Assembly (NCBI GenBank): GCA_964016885.1
Contig: OZ024742.1
Coordinates: 250,542,001-250,606,000, forward strand
DNA: 64,000 nucleotides
Source of the DNA: Eledone cirrhosa
Lineage: Eukaryota
Reading direction: 5' to 3'
The notes under the pieces: model-generated
Told to the model about the DNA's origin: nothing
What the model saw: the letters and a program-made list of their open reading frames with translations, nothing else
Database searches by the model: none
Program-made: the position numbers and the translations under genes
Part shown: positions 14,179 to 29,800 of the stretch, piece after piece
Layout of the letters: each line of letters opens with the position of its first letter
How positions within the stretch are numbered: the first letter of the stretch is position 1

Positions 14179-14320
14179 TAGAAGTGGTTACAAAACAGTT
14201 AGTTCACCATACCGAGAACAATTGTTTCACCTTCGCGGATCTTCAGCTTGGGATGTGTATGGTTGAAGGTGAAACAATTGTTCGCGGTATGGTTAACTAA
14301 CTGTTGTGTAACCACATCTA
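14179..14320. mobile_element. Fold-back element after (TA)n with ~56 bp arms
   Basis: TAGAAGTGGTTAC...TTTCACCTTC (14179-14234) pairs with GAAGGTGAAA...GTAACCACATCTA (14265-14320); 30 bp spacer. Confidence 0.85.
14212..14251 (-). ncRNA. Minimal type I hammerhead ribozyme
   Basis: Minus strand reads CCAAG-CTGAAGA-tCC gcgaa GGt-GAAA-CAATTG-TT-CTCGG; palindromic stem III ACAATTGT; one mismatch in stem I. Confidence 0.65.
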
Positions 14321-14486
14321 CCTAACTCGTCCCTTGGACTGAGTGCTCTACCACTACGGATATTACCTTCCAGTGTTCCACCACTATTCAGTTGCATTTT
14401 CGATTTCATCCTTTTTTCTTTATACTTCCACTCGTGTAGGACACCTCGGTTATTTTTCATTTTGTAAAAAAAACCTCACTTTCTAA

Positions 14487-14560
<74 letters not shown>

Positions 14561-14750
14561 TCTGTGTGTGTCTGCGTCTGTGTTTGTGAGGGTGGGTGTA
14601 TGATCTGGCTTGTTTCATTTTCCTACAACATAGCTTCGATGTTTTAGCAAAGTTATTTGTTGTTATTTGGTTAGGATGGTTTGGGCATAGAGGATAAGTT
14701 GTCTAAATGAAGATCGGTGTGATGGAAGAGTTTGAGGTTTAAAGAAGTGA

Positions 14751-14867
14751 GAGAGAATAGACGCCAGTTGTAACATTAGAGAGAGAAAGAGAACTGATAT
14801 ATTTACACACACACACACACACACGCACACACATATATATATGTGTGTGTGTGTGTGTGTGTATCAG

Positions 14868-14938
<71 letters not shown>

Positions 14939-14970
14939 TCTCTATTGTTACAACTGGCGTCTATTCTCTC
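14751..14970. repeat. Inverted repeat centred on (CA)n(TA)n(TG)n, with (CT)n expanded in one arm
   Basis: GAGAGAATAGACGCCAGTTGTAACA...GAGAACTGATA versus TATCAGTTCTC...TGTTACAACTGGCGTCTATTCTCTC. Confidence 0.85.
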
Positions 14971-15363
14971 TGAACGAATCTAGCTATCGAATCGGCTAGA
15001 GCTCAACCGTCGGTTGGGTCCTGACTCTTTTCATATATATATATATATGTATACATATATATACATATACATATATACATATACATATATATAAGTGTGT
15101 GCGTGTGTGTGTGCTATAGAAGTGGCTTCTTCAGGACTAAAACTGTTTCAGTCAAATGATGTCTGGATAAAATAAAAATACCTTTATGTTTAGTAATGTA
15201 TTGAGTACCTTTTTTAACTGCGGTTACCTCCCGATATCCATCGGGATACACCGGTTATACATGGTATGCGCCTACATGTGCCTGTGTGTGTGTTTATTAT
15301 TCGTCCGTGCGAAGCGTAGAGGATATGTGTGTGTGTATGTAAGTTTAAGTAAGTGTGTCTGTA

Positions 15364-15453
<90 letters not shown>

Positions 15454-15699
15454 GTGTAAGTGTGTTTGTTTGTATTTATGTATTTAGTTGTTGGTCCGCA
15501 CAGAACTGTGAAGGTAAATACAGAGGTGTGTGTGTTTCGTTTTGCTCTGTATCAGCTATAAGAATGTGTTTCTGACCATAACAGAGCCAGAAGAACCTCG
15601 GCGGTGAATGTACAAGCACGTATATGATAGCGGACAATGGCTAGCGATATAGAAGTAGGCGTGAGCGCATGTGTGCAAGATTAAAGAAATTGGGGAGGG

Positions 15700-17465
15700 G
15701 AGTTGAGTCCATTGGGAAAACTAGACCCAAGGCGGAAAATCAGGTTCTACTCACTCCTGAGGCCAGTGCCCCATGATATAAAAAGACACGAAGGACTGTG
15801 GCATGTATGGAGGAGTGGCCTGGGGAACGGACATAACGAGCGACGGGAGAATTCATACCGAATTGTATGTCTCTCAAGTGTTCAGTGAAACGGTCCGCCA
15901 GACGGGTGCCTGTTTGTCCGATGTATATGGACCCGCAAAGGGAACACCGGACGGCATAGACTGCATGGGGAAGAAATGGCGGGTACTGAAAGAACCGTTG
16001 GACAAGTGTTACAGCGGGGACGAACGAGAACAGGGACGGGAGCCGGGTTGAGTCCTAGGCGAGGAAGGGAAGGAACAGCGTATCAGGAAGTGGCGGAGAT
16101 TACGGATGTATTCAAAGGCAATGATAGGTGGGTTTGGAAAAAAAACGAGAAGAGTCGGGGTCAGAAGAGAGGGTGCTGAAGCAAAAGAGTCTATATCGCT
16201 GGAGAGGTAGCGAGATGATGTAGTAGGTGAGGTGCAAAGAATGCGGGTGTTGGGAGGATGGTGGTAGAGTGAGTGGCGTGCTATATTCGGTTTCATGGGC
16301 ACGGGCGTGGGAAGCTTGGATCAAGGTGAGGGATATCCACGCTGGATGAAGTGGGAGGCCATGTGTTGGAACTGGATCATGAAATCGTGGTCCTGGTTAC
16401 AGAGTCGATGAAGACAGGGGAATTGGGGATTTGGTATGGAGAGTTTGGTGTGAGTGGGATGGGAGGAGAAGTTGATGTTAGAGTGGGAATCAGTGGGCTT
16501 ATATAAAATGGAGGTAGAGAGTGCGTGGTGAGTGTAGTCGATTGACAGAGAGATGTCGAGAAATTGGACTGAAGAGTTGGAGACCGGTGGTGAAGGTGAA
16601 CGCAAGATAAGAAGACTGAACAAAGGAAAGAAATGAGTCAAGCTGATCACTGGTGAGGTGGCGCCGATACATTGAGAGTGAGAAGGAGCTCCGAAAGGAG
16701 AAGAGTAGAAATGCTAAAGTAGGGTGTAGGGCGTATGTCTAAAGAATGTCGAAGAGTGCGGGGTCCGTCATCGTGGGGGATGATGGTGTAGAGTGAGTTA
16801 ACGTTCATGATAAACAGCAGGTGAGAGTCAAAGGGCATAATTAGTGTCATGTAGGAAGGGGAGGTCGGTATTGGGGTAAGGGGCGAGGAAGGCGTCATGG
16901 TATTGGACAGTTAAAGGCGGAAACGATAGAATGGCCGGGATTATCGGGTTTATATATCTTGGGGAAGAAGAAGATGGTGGGTGTATGACGGGTGCGTTCT
17001 ATAAAATCAGTAGCAGTAGGAGGTAGAAGAGAAGGGGAGATGAGTTGGTGAATGGTGGAGGACACGAGATGTTGGTAGCCTGGGGTGGGGTTGGAAGAGA
17101 ACGACCGATAAAATCAGGTATTGTGAAGCTGGCGGAGGGCTTTAGTCCCGTAGAAGTCTGCGCGCCAAATCACCACGACACCACCTTTATCAGCAGGTTT
17201 GATGATAATACCATCGCAGCACCGTAGGCTGTGAAGAACGGAAAGTTCAGTTTGAGTGAGGCTGGTGCGCCAACTGTGCTTTGGGAAATTGAAGCGGTTC
17301 AAAGTACGTCGACAAGTCTCCATAAATGTGTCAAGGGTGCTGAAGTGCCCACAACTCGGCGTCAACTGTGATTATCGGTGGCTGAGACTTGTAAAACAGT
17401 CTGTCTGGGCCGATGATGGTATGTTGTAGTAGAATGCTTGTAGTTTTGACGACATAAGAACCGTT
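15700..17465 (-). pseudogene. Penelope-like retroelement (RT, Cys linker, GIY-YIG), decayed, probably Neptune-like
   Basis: Minus-strand motifs IIIKPADKGGVVVIW, PKIYKPDNPG, VNSLYTIIPHDDG, FLDISLS...YKPTDSH, RGYP, a frameshifted C..RCNTC linker, VYAVRCSLCGSIYIGQTGTRLADRFTEHLRDI and terminal PNGLN. Many frameshifts and an internal RT deletion. Confidence 0.92.
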
Positions 17466-18509
17466 CAACCTCAGTATTGTCTATTCACGTCACTAACTCT
17501 TGGAAAACTCTTCATGCTGGTGTTGTATAAATTGTTCATGTGTTAAAAGGTGGTGATCGAACACGACTAGCTGAAAAGGGAAAAAAATCCTTTTGTATAT
17601 AGAGTATGTGCCTGTGCGTGTACTTGTGTATGTATGTGCGTTAGTTGTTGGTCCATACAGAGCTGTGAAGCTAAGTTTGGAGTTGTGTATGTGTTTGCTG
17701 TTAATCTGTAAGAGTGAATGTACCTGTGTTGTGTGTATGTATATGTTGCATATGTAACATGTATGTATTTGTTGTATATATATCGTGTGTGTATGTGTTG
17801 TGTCGGTATGTGTTCTGAATGTATCGCATATGTATGTATGTATTGTGTATGTATATATTGTCTACTTTTAGTATGTTTATGTATGTGTTGTGTATGTAGT
17901 GTGTGTGTATACATATTGAATATGTATATAGTGTGCATGTGTGTGCGTATATATTCTCTATATATCTGTATATGTGTTATTACGTCTGGCCTATTTATCA
18001 GGACGCCATTATTCCATATTTTGTGTATCTGTTCACAGGTGTAAGTCACTCGTACTTTTATACTTATATTCCTTTGATTAGTAGACTCTATAAGGATAAA
18101 CATCACTCTTGAGTACTCCTGGTACACGTAACATAAGTTGATTCATCTTACTCATCAGTTTAATGCCTTATTAACTTTTATTTTAATTAATTTCGCGCGT
18201 AATTGATAGTTTTTAATTATGTCTCACCCATACTTTTCCAAAATGGCTTCTCACATTTTTCTTGTCTCTCGTTTTGTCTCTAACCTTTAATTATTTCCCT
18301 TCCGTGTGTGTTCGGTGTAAAATTTCACTGAAATCGCTGAGATGTGATTTTAGTGCCTATTTCGGCATCAATTTTCTAGGCTTTGCGAATTTTCTTTTAT
18401 TTTACTACATAGTGGAATTCTGCTTTCGTTAAACTTTTAAGTAACATAAACCCCGTAGCATTTAGGTCTTTGTGAAAGTATGCTATCAGGTTCTTATGCT
18501 TATAAACCA

Positions 18510-18574
<65 letters not shown>

Positions 18575-18683
18575 CATGCATACATAAACATATATATACA
18601 AATACATAAACGCGCTGATACACAGACACACACACACATATATATATATATAATATATATATATATATAATATATATATAATA

Positions 18684-18837
<154 letters not shown>

Positions 18838-19419
18838 GATTGAGAGAATATGTCAGTGTGTGTGTGTCGATATATATGGCTTGTATTTCTTTTATAAAAT
18901 CTTTTCGTGAGAAGCTGGGAATTCAATAGTTTGTCGGCTTTACAGTTTCGTTTTTAGTTTATCTCAAACGTAAAAACTATATTTATCTTTCACGGCTTTT
19001 ACACTTTTGCTGAACAAATGTGGCAGCCATAAGTTTTATCAACATCTGTGAAGTGGGATTGAACTTTCGCTACATTCGTCTACTACCAGACACGTGTATA
19101 ATTTACAAAGTGGTATATACAAACCTCACCTTTATCAGCAAGTAGTACGCTGTCCAGCATTAGTTATATTGTGTGTGTGGTGTGTGAGAAAATCTGGGTA
19201 ACAGAGGAAAGAAAACAGGACAAAGCGCCATTTAAATCATCACTTGCTGATTATTCCTAGTGACATCACATAATCTTGAGTGTCCTTGGCCTTGAATTTC
19301 TGATGGAATCATAGAAGCGCCATTATGATACAAGGCTTGTCATAGGCATTTTCAACCTTGTGGAGCCCATTCTTCTCTACGTCTGAACGGAGTTGATTCA
19401 TTCCTGATAAAAAGGAGAG

Positions 19420-19590
19420 AGGGCGGAGGAAAGACTGACCGCAGTATCAAAGTGGTACTTTATCGCCCTCAAAAGGGTCAACCAGAACGTTGACCTTGGT
19501 GGAATTTCAACTTAGAGCACATAGAACTGAAACGAATACCGCAAAGCATTCTATTGGATATCCTAATAAATCTCCTAGTTGGCTGCCTTG
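19420..19590 (-). mobile_element. Old diverged SINE copy
   Basis: GGTACTTTATCG...GTTGACCTTGGTGGAATTTCAACTTAGAGC resembles the family core and B box. Confidence 0.55.
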
Positions 19591-20104
19591 AATATCCTTA
19601 CTGATACACTAAAAAAGTACAATAGTGCCAATGTAATGAGCAGCAAGACCATGTACAACGTGTTGATTTCGACAAGGAGGTTGAAGAAAAGCCAACATAC
19701 AGAAAGATTCTAGCCTGGACGCTCAAATAGATTGTAAGATTGCGCTCGTATTTTCAAGCCTTATCACAACAACGAGGAAGCACGCCGACTTTGAGATATG
19801 CAATAAGTAAAGATGATGATTGCCAAATTAGGCCAAAGAAACTGTTTCCATTGCTGATATCATCTGCCGGTCAAGACGTCTGACAGAAGTAAACGAGGTT
19901 GGAACTCACATGCTTCAAAGCATTCTGCCAATCCACAACTATGTTATTCATTTATAATCTTGAAAAGACGAAAAGCAAAGTTGACTTCGTCTCGTGGCAT
20001 ATTCTGGCGAAATAAAAAGTCCCGATTGTTGATGATGTCCTGTAATGGCAATATTGAGTGGAGAATCGTGTGAGGTAAGAAGATGGCGGGGTATTGTGCA
20101 ACAT

Positions 20105-20320
20105 CCTCAATAACAGTGACAACAACAACAACAACAACAATGACATCCTCAATAGCAGCCGTAATAATAATAACACCAATAACAGTGAAAATCACATTGA
20201 CATCAACAATAACAACACTCACAATAACAGCAGAAATATCAACAACCACAATAACAGCAACAATAACTGGTACAACTGTTACTACAAAAGCAACAGCAAC
20301 AAAAGGTGCAGCAACAAGAG

Positions 20321-20389
<69 letters not shown>

Positions 20390-20628
20390 ATACTACTACT
20401 ACTACTAACTCTGCTGTGAGTGCTACTGCTGCAACAGCAACCATAGCAATAACAGCAACAAAAAATATACCAGCAGCAACAACAACAGCAGCAACGGGGA
20501 CAAAACAACTGTTACAACAATAACTAGTACAATATTAACAACAACAACAATAATAACAACAACAATAACAACAACACAGCAGCAGCACCAATAGCAGCCA
20601 GAACAACAACAATAACAGCAACAATAAC
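20105..20628. repeat. Degenerate (AAC)n/(ACT)n low-complexity tract
   Basis: Directly visible; pure (ACT)n at ~20321-20388. Confidence 0.9.
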
Positions 20629-20629
20629 C

Positions 20630-20836
20630 ATTTCTACTTTAGGCACAAGGCCAGCAATTTTGGGAGAAGGGAAGTCGATTAAATCGGACCCAGTGCATTA
20701 CTGGTACTTTATTTAATCCATCCTGTAATGATGAAAGGCAAAGCTGATCTCGGCGTGATTTGAACATAGAACGTAAGGGGCCATAACTCTAAAGTGAAAA
20801 GCATTAAATCTGACGCACAACCACCATTGCCAATCC
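20630..20836 (-). mobile_element. Near full-length SINE abutting the left end of the giant array
   Basis: TTTCTACTTTAGGCACAAGGCCAGCAATTT...GATGAAAGGCAAAG...GATTTGAAC...TTGCCAATCC. Confidence 0.85.
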
Positions 20837-20839
20837 ATC

Positions 20840-23800
20840 ATCCTAACAATAATAACAACAACAATAACAGCTAACATTACAACATTAGCAGCAGCACTAA
20901 CATCAGCCCCAACAACAAAAAGAACAACAACAACAACAGCCTCAGCAATAACACCCACAACAACAACAACAGTAGCACTAACAACAGCCACAACAACAAC
21001 AGTAGCACTAACAACAGCCACAACAACAACAATAACAGTAGCACTAACAACAGCCACAACAACAACAGTAGCACTAACGACAGCCACAACAACAACAGTA
21101 GCACTAACAACAGCCACAACAACAACAATAACAGTAGCACTAACAACAGCCACAACAACAACAACAGTAGCACTAACAACAGCCACAACAACAACAGTAG
21201 CACTAACAACAGCCACAACAACAACAATAACAGTAGCACTACCAACAAACACAACAACAACAGTAGCACTAACAACAACAACAGTAAAACTAACAACAGC
21301 CACAACAACAACAACAGTAGCACTAAAAACAGCCACAACAACAACAACAGTAGCACTAACAACAGCCACAACAACAACAACAACAACAACAACAGCAACA
21401 GTAGCACTAACAATAGCCACAACAAAAACAACAACAACAACAACAGTAGCACTAACAACAGCCACAACAACAACAACAGTAGCACTAACAACAGCCACAA
21501 CAACAACAGTAGCACTAACAACAGCCACAACAACAACAACAGTAGCACTAACAACAGCCACAACAACAACAACAGTAGCACTAACAACAGCCACAACAAC
21601 AACAACAGTAGCACTAACAACAGCCACAACAACAACAACAACAACAACAACAGTAGCACTAACAACAGCCACAACAACAACAACAACAATAGCACTAACA
21701 ACAGCCAAAACAACAACAGTAGCACTAACAACAGCCACAACAACAACAACAGTAGCACTAACAACAGCCACAGCAACAACAACAGTAGCACTAACAACAG
21801 CCACAACAACAACAACAACAACAGTAGCACTACCAACAGCCACAACAACTGCAACAGTAGCACTAACAACAGCCACAACGAAAGCAACAACAACAGTAGC
21901 ACTAACAACAGCCACAATAACAACAACAGTAGCACTAACAACAGCCACAACAACAACAACAGTAGCACTAACAACAGCCACAACAACAACAACAGTAGCA
22001 CTAACAACAGCCACAACAACAACAACAACAACAGTAGCACTAACAACAGCCACAACAACAATAACAACAGTAACACTAACAACAGCCACAGCAACAACAG
22101 TAGCACTAACAACAGCCACAACAACAACAGTAGCACTAACAACAGCCACAACAACAACAACAGTAGCACTAACAACAGCCACAACAATAGTAGCACTAAC
22201 AACAGCCACAACAACAACAGTAGCACTAACAACAGCCACATCAACAACAACATTAACACTAACAACAGCCACAACAACAACAACAGTAGCACTAACAACA
22301 GCCACAACAACAACAGCAACAGTAGCACTAACAACAGCCACAACAACAACAACAGTAGCACTAACAACAGCCACAACGACAGCAACAACAACAGTAGCAC
22401 TAATAACAGCCACAACAACAACAATACTAGCACTAACAACAGCCACAACAACAACAACAACACTAGCACTAACAACAGCCACAACAACAACAACAGTAGC
22501 ACTAACAACAGCAACAACAACAACATCAACAACAACAGTAACACTAACAACAGCCACAACAATAACAACAGTAGCACTAACAACAGCCACAACGACAACA
22601 ACAGAAGCACTAACAACAGCCACAACAACAACAACAACAGTAGCACTAACAACAGCCACAACAACAACAACAACAGTAGCACTAACAACAGCCACAACAA
22701 CAACAACAGTAGCACTAACTACAGCCACAACAACAACAACAACAACAACAGTAGCACTTACAACAGCCACAACAACAAAAACAACAGTAGCACTAACAAC
22801 AGCCACAACAACAACAACAGTAGCACTAACAACAGCCACAACAACAACAACATTAGCACTAACAACAGCCACAACAACAACAACAACAGCCACAACAACA
22901 ACAACAACAACAACAGTAGCACTAACAACAGCCACAACAACAACAACAACAACAGCCACAACAACAACAACAACAACAACAGTAGCACTAACAACAGCCA
23001 CAACAACAACAACAACAACAGCCACAACAACAACAACAACAACAACAACAACAGTAGCACTAACAACAGCCACAACAACAACAACAACAGTAGCACTAAC
23101 AACAGCTACAACAACAACAACAGTAGCACTAACTACAGCAACAACAACAACAACAACAGTAACACTAACAACAGCCACAGCAACAACAGTAGAACTAACA
23201 ACAGCCACAACAACAACAGTAGCACTAACAACAGCCACAACAACAACAACAGTAGCACTAACAACAGCCGCAACAACAACAACAGTAGCACTAACAACAG
23301 CCACAACAACAACAGTAGCACTAACAACAGCCACAACAACAACAACAGTAGCACTAACAACAGCCACAACAACAACAACAACAGTAGCACTAACAACAGC
23401 CACAACAACAACAATAGTAGCACTAACAACAGCCACAACAACAACAACAGTAGCACTAACAACAGCCACAACAACAACAACAACAGTAGCACTAACAACA
23501 CCCACAACAACAACAACAGTAGCACTAACAACAGCCACAACAACAACAACAGTAGCACTAATAACAGCCACAACAACAACAACAGTAGCACTAACAACAG
23601 CCACAACAACAACAACAACAACAGTAGCACTAACAACAGCCACAACAACAACAACAACAATAGCACTAACAACAGCCACAACAACAACAACAGTAGCACT
23701 AACAACAGCCACAACAACAACAACAACAGTAGCACTAACAACAGCCACAACAACAACAACAACAACAGTAGCACTACCAACAGCCACAATAACTGCAACA

Positions 23801-26800
23801 GTAGCACTAACAACAGCCACAACGAAAGCAACAACAACAGTAGCACTAACAACAGCCACAATAACAACAACAGTAGCACTAACAACAGCCACAACAACAA
23901 CAGTAGCACTAACAACAGCCACAACAACAACAACAGTAGCACTAACAACAGCCACAACAACAACAACAACAGTAGCACTAACAACAGCCACAACAACAAC
24001 AACAACAGTAACACTAACAACAGCCATAGCAACAACAGTAGCACTAACAACAGCCACAACAACAACAGTAGCACTAACAACAGCCACAACAACAACAACA
24101 GTAGCACTAACAACAGCCACAACAATAGTAGCACTAACAACAGCCACATCAACAACAACATTAACACTAACAACAGCCACAACAACAACAACAGTAGCAC
24201 TAACAACAGCCACAACAACAACAGCAACAGTAGCACTAACAACAGCCACAACAACAACAACAGTAGCACTAACAACAGCCACAACGACAGCAACAACAAC
24301 AGTAGCACTAATAACAGCCACAACAACAACAATACTAGCACTAACAACAGCCACAACAACAACAACAACAGTAGCACTAACAACAGCCACAACAACAACA
24401 ACAGTAGCACTAACAACAGCCACAACAACAACATCAACAACAACAGTTACACTAACAACAGCCACAACAATAACAACAGTAGCACTAACAACAGCCACAA
24501 CGACAACAACAGAAGCACTAACAACAGCCACAACAACCACAACAACAGTAGCACTAACAACAGCCACAACAACAACAACAACAGTAGCACTAACAACAGC
24601 CACAACAACAACAACAGTAGCACTAACTACAGCCACAACAACAACAACAACAACAACAGTAGCACTAACAACAGCCACAACAACAAAAACAACAACAACA
24701 GTAGCACTAACAACAACCACAACAATAACAACAGTAGCACTAACAACAGCCACAACAACAACAACAGTAGCACTAACAACAGCCACCACAACAACAACAA
24801 CAACAACAAGAGTAGCACAAACAACAGCCACAACAATAACAACAGTAGCATTAACAACAGCCACAACAACAACAACAGTACCACTAACAACAGCCACAAC
24901 AACAACAACAGTTGCACTAACAAAAGCCACAACAACAACAGTAGCATTAACAACAGCCACAACAACAACAGTAGCACTAACAACAACAACAACAACAACA
25001 ACAACAGTAGCACTAACAACAACAACAACAACAGTAGCAGTAACAACAACAACAACAACAACAACAACAGTAGCACTAACAACAGCCACAATAACAACAA
25101 CAGTAGCACTAACAACAGCCACAACAACAACAACAATAGCACTAACAACAGCCACAACAACAACAGTTGCACTAACAACAGCCACAACAACAACAACAGT
25201 AGCACTAACAACAGCCACAACAACAACAGTAGCACTAACAACAGCCACAACAACAACAACAGTAGCACTAACAACAGCCACAACAACAACAACAGTAGCA
25301 CTAACAACAGCCACAACAACAACAACAGTAGCACTAACAACAGCCACAACAACAACAACAACAACAACAACAGTAGCACTAACAACAGCCACAACAACAA
25401 CAACAACAATAGCACTAACAACAGCCAAAACAACAACAGTAGCACTAACAACAGCCACAACAACAACAACAGTAGCACTAACAACAGCCACAGCAACAAC
25501 AACAGTAGCACTAACAACAGCCACAACAACAACAACAACAACAGTAGCACTACCAACAGCCACAACAACTGCAACAGTAGCACTAACAACAGCCACAACG
25601 AAAGCAACAACAACAGTAGCACTAACAACAGCCACAATAACAACAACAGTAGCACTAACAACAGCCACAACAACAACAACAGTAGCACTAACAACAGCCA
25701 CAACAACAACAACAGTAGCACTAACAACAGCCACAACAACAACAACAACAACAGTAGCACTAACAACAGCCACAACAACAACAACAACAGTAACACTAAC
25801 AACAGCCACAGCAACAACAGTAGCACTAACAACAGCCACAACAACAACAGTAGCACTAACAACAGCCACAACAACAACAACAGTAGCACTAACAACAGCC
25901 ACAACAATAGTAGCACTAACAACAGCCACAACAACAACAGTAGCACTAACAACAGCCACATCAACAACAACATTAACACTAACAACAGCCACAACAACAA
26001 CAACAGTAGCACTAACAACAGCCACAACAACAACAGCAACAGTAGCACTAACAACAGCCACAACAACAACAACAGTAGCACTAACAACAGCCACAACGAC
26101 AGCAAGAACAACAGTAGCACTAATAACAGCCACAACAACAACAATACTAGCACTAACAACAGCCACAACAACAACAACAACAGTAGCACTAACAACAGCC
26201 ACAACAACAACAACAGTAGCACTAACAACAGCCACAACAACAACATCAACAACAACAGTAACACTAACAACAGCCACAACAATAACAACAGTAGCACTAA
26301 CAACAGCCACAACGACAACAACAGAAGCACTAACAACAGCCACAACAACAACAACAACAGTAGCACTAACAACAGCCACAACAACAACAACAACAGTAGC
26401 ACTAACAACAGCCACAACAACAACAACAACAGTAGCACTAAATACAGCCACAACAACAACAGTAGCACTAACAACAGCCACAACAACAAAAACAACAACA
26501 ACAGTAGCACTAACAACAACCACAACAATAACAACAGTAGCACTAACAACAGCCACAACAACAACAACAGTAGCACTAACAACAGCCACCACAACAACAA
26601 CAACAACAACAAGAGTAGCACAAACAACAGCCACAACAATAACAACAGTAGCATTAACAACAGCCACAACAACAACAACAGTACCACTAACAACAGCCAC
26701 AACAACAACAACAGTTGCACTAACAAAAGCCACAACAACAACAGTAGCATTAACAACAGCCACAACAACAACAGTAGCACTAACAACAACAACAACAATA

Positions 26801-29800
26801 ACAACAACAGTAGCACTAACAACAGCCACAACAACAACAGTTGCACTAACAACAGCCACAACAACAACAACAGTAGCACTAACAACAGCCACAACAACAA
26901 CAACAGTAGCACTAACAACAGCCACAACAACAACAGTAGCACTAACAACAGCCACAACAACAACAACAGTAGCACTAACAACAGCCACAACAACAACAAC
27001 AGTAGCACTAACAACAGCCACAACAACAACAACAGTAGCACTAACAACAGCCACAACAACAACAACAACAACAACAACAGTAGCACTAACAACAGCCACA
27101 ACAACAGCAACAACAATAGCACTAACAACAGCCAAAACAACAACAGTAGCACTAACAACAGCCACAACAACAACAACAGTAGCACTAACAACAGCCACAG
27201 CAACAACAACAGTAGCACTAACAACAGCCACAACAACAACAACAACAACAGTAGCACTACCAACAGCCACAACAACTGCAACAGTAGCACTAACAACAGC
27301 CACAACGAAAGCAACAACAACAGTAGCACTAACAACAGCCACAATAACAACAACAGTAGCACTAACAACAGCCACAACAACAACAACAGTAGCACTAACA
27401 ACAGCCACAACAACAACATCAACAACAACAGTAACACTAACAACAGCCACAACAATAACAACAGTAGCACTAACAACAGCCACAACGACAACAACAGAAG
27501 CACTAACAACAGCCACAACAACAACAACAACAGTAGCACTAACAACAGCCACAACAACAACAACAACAGTAGCACTAACAACAGCCACAACAACAACAAC
27601 AGTAGCACTAACTACAGCCACAACAACAACAACAACAACAACAGTAGCACTAACAACAGCCACAACAACAAAAACAACAACAACAGTAGCACTAACAACA
27701 ACCACAACAATAACAACAGTAGCACTAACAACAGCCACAACAACAACAACAGTAGCACTAACAACAGCCACCACAACAACAACAACAACAACAAGAGTAG
27801 CACAAACAACAGCCACAACAATAACAACAGTAGCATTAACAACAGCCACAACAACAACAACAGTACCACTAACAACAGCCACAACAACAACAACAGTTGC
27901 ACTAACAAAAGCCACAACAACAACAGTAGCATTAACAACAGCCACAACAACAACAGTAGCACTAACAACAACAACAACAACAACAACAACAGTAGCACTA
28001 ACAACAACAACAACAACAGTAGCAGTAACAACAACAACAACAACAACAACAACAGTAGCACTAACAACAGCCACAATAACAACAACAGTAGCACTAACAA
28101 CAGCCACAACAACAACAGTAGCACTAACAACAGCCACAACAACAACAACAACAGTAGCACTAACAACAGCCACAACAACAACAACAGTAGCACTTACAAC
28201 AGCCACAACAACAAAAACAACAGTAGCACTAACAACAGCCACAACAACAACAACAGTAGCACTAACAACAGCCACAACAACAACAACATTAGCACTAACA
28301 ACAGCCACAACAACAACAACAGTAGCACTAACAACAGCCCCAACAACAACAACAGTAGCACTAACAACAGCCACAACAACAACAACAACAGTGGCACTAA
28401 CCACAGCCACAACAACAACAACAACAACAGCCACAACAACAACAACAACAACAACAGTAGCACTAACAACAGCCACAACAACAACAACAACAACAGCCAC
28501 AACAACAACAACAACAACAACAACAAGAGTAGCACTAACAACAGCCACAACAACAACAACAGCAGCACTAACAACAGCCACAACAACAACAACAACAGTA
28601 GCACTAACAACAGCTACAACAACAACAACAGTAGCACTAACTACAGCAACAACAACAACAACAACAGTAACACTAACAACAGCCACAGCAACAACAGTAG
28701 AACTAACAACAGCCACAACAACAACAGTAGCACTAACAACAGCCACAACAACAACAACAGTAGCACTAACAACAGCCGCAACAACAACAACAGTAGCACT
28801 AACAACAGCCACAACAACAACAGTAGCACTAACAACAGCCACAACAACAACAACAGTAGCACTAACAACAGCCACAACAACAACAACAACAGTAGCACTA
28901 ACAACAGCCACAACAACAACAATAGTAGCACTAACAACAGCCACAACAACAACAACAGTAGCACTAACAACAGCCACAACAACAACAACAACAGTAGCAC
29001 TAACAACACCCACAACAACAACAACAGTAGCACTAACAACAGCCACAACAACAACAACAGTAGCACTAATAACAGCCACAACAACAACAACAGTAGCACT
29101 AACAACAGCCACAACAACAACAACAACAACAGTAGCACTAACAACAGCCACAACAACAACAACAACAATAGCACTAACAACAGCCACAACAACAACAACA
29201 GTAGCACTAACAACAGCCACAACAACAACAACAACAGTAGCACTAACAACAGCCACAACAACAACAACAACAACAGTAGCACTACCAACAGCCACAATAA
29301 CTGCAACAGTAGCACTAACAACAGCCACAACGAAAGCAACAACAACAGTAGCACTAACAACAGCCACAATAACAACAACAGTAGCACTAACAACAGCCAC
29401 AACAACAACAGTAGCACTAACAACAGCCACAACAACAACAACAGTAGCACTAACAACAGCCACAACAACAACAACAACAGTAGCACTAACAACAGCCACA
29501 ACAACAACAACAACAGTAACACTAACAACAGCCACAGCAACAACAGTAGCACTAACAACAGCCACAACAACAACAGTAGCACTAACAACAGCCACAACAA
29601 CAACAACAGTAGCACTAACAACAGCCACAACAATAGTAGCACTAACAACAGCCACAACAACAACAGTAGCACTAACAACAGCCACATCAACAACAACATT
29701 AACACTAACAACAGCCACAACAACAACAACAGTAGCACTAACAACAGCCACAACAACAACAGCAACAGTAGCACTAACAACAGCCACAACAACAACAACA

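Noticed and set aside
19944-20100. Non-repetitive peptide ...QDIINNRDFLFRQNMPRDEVNFAFRLFKIINE as an exon or transposase end
   Set aside because: No recognisable motif and fused to a low-complexity tract; needs a homology search.
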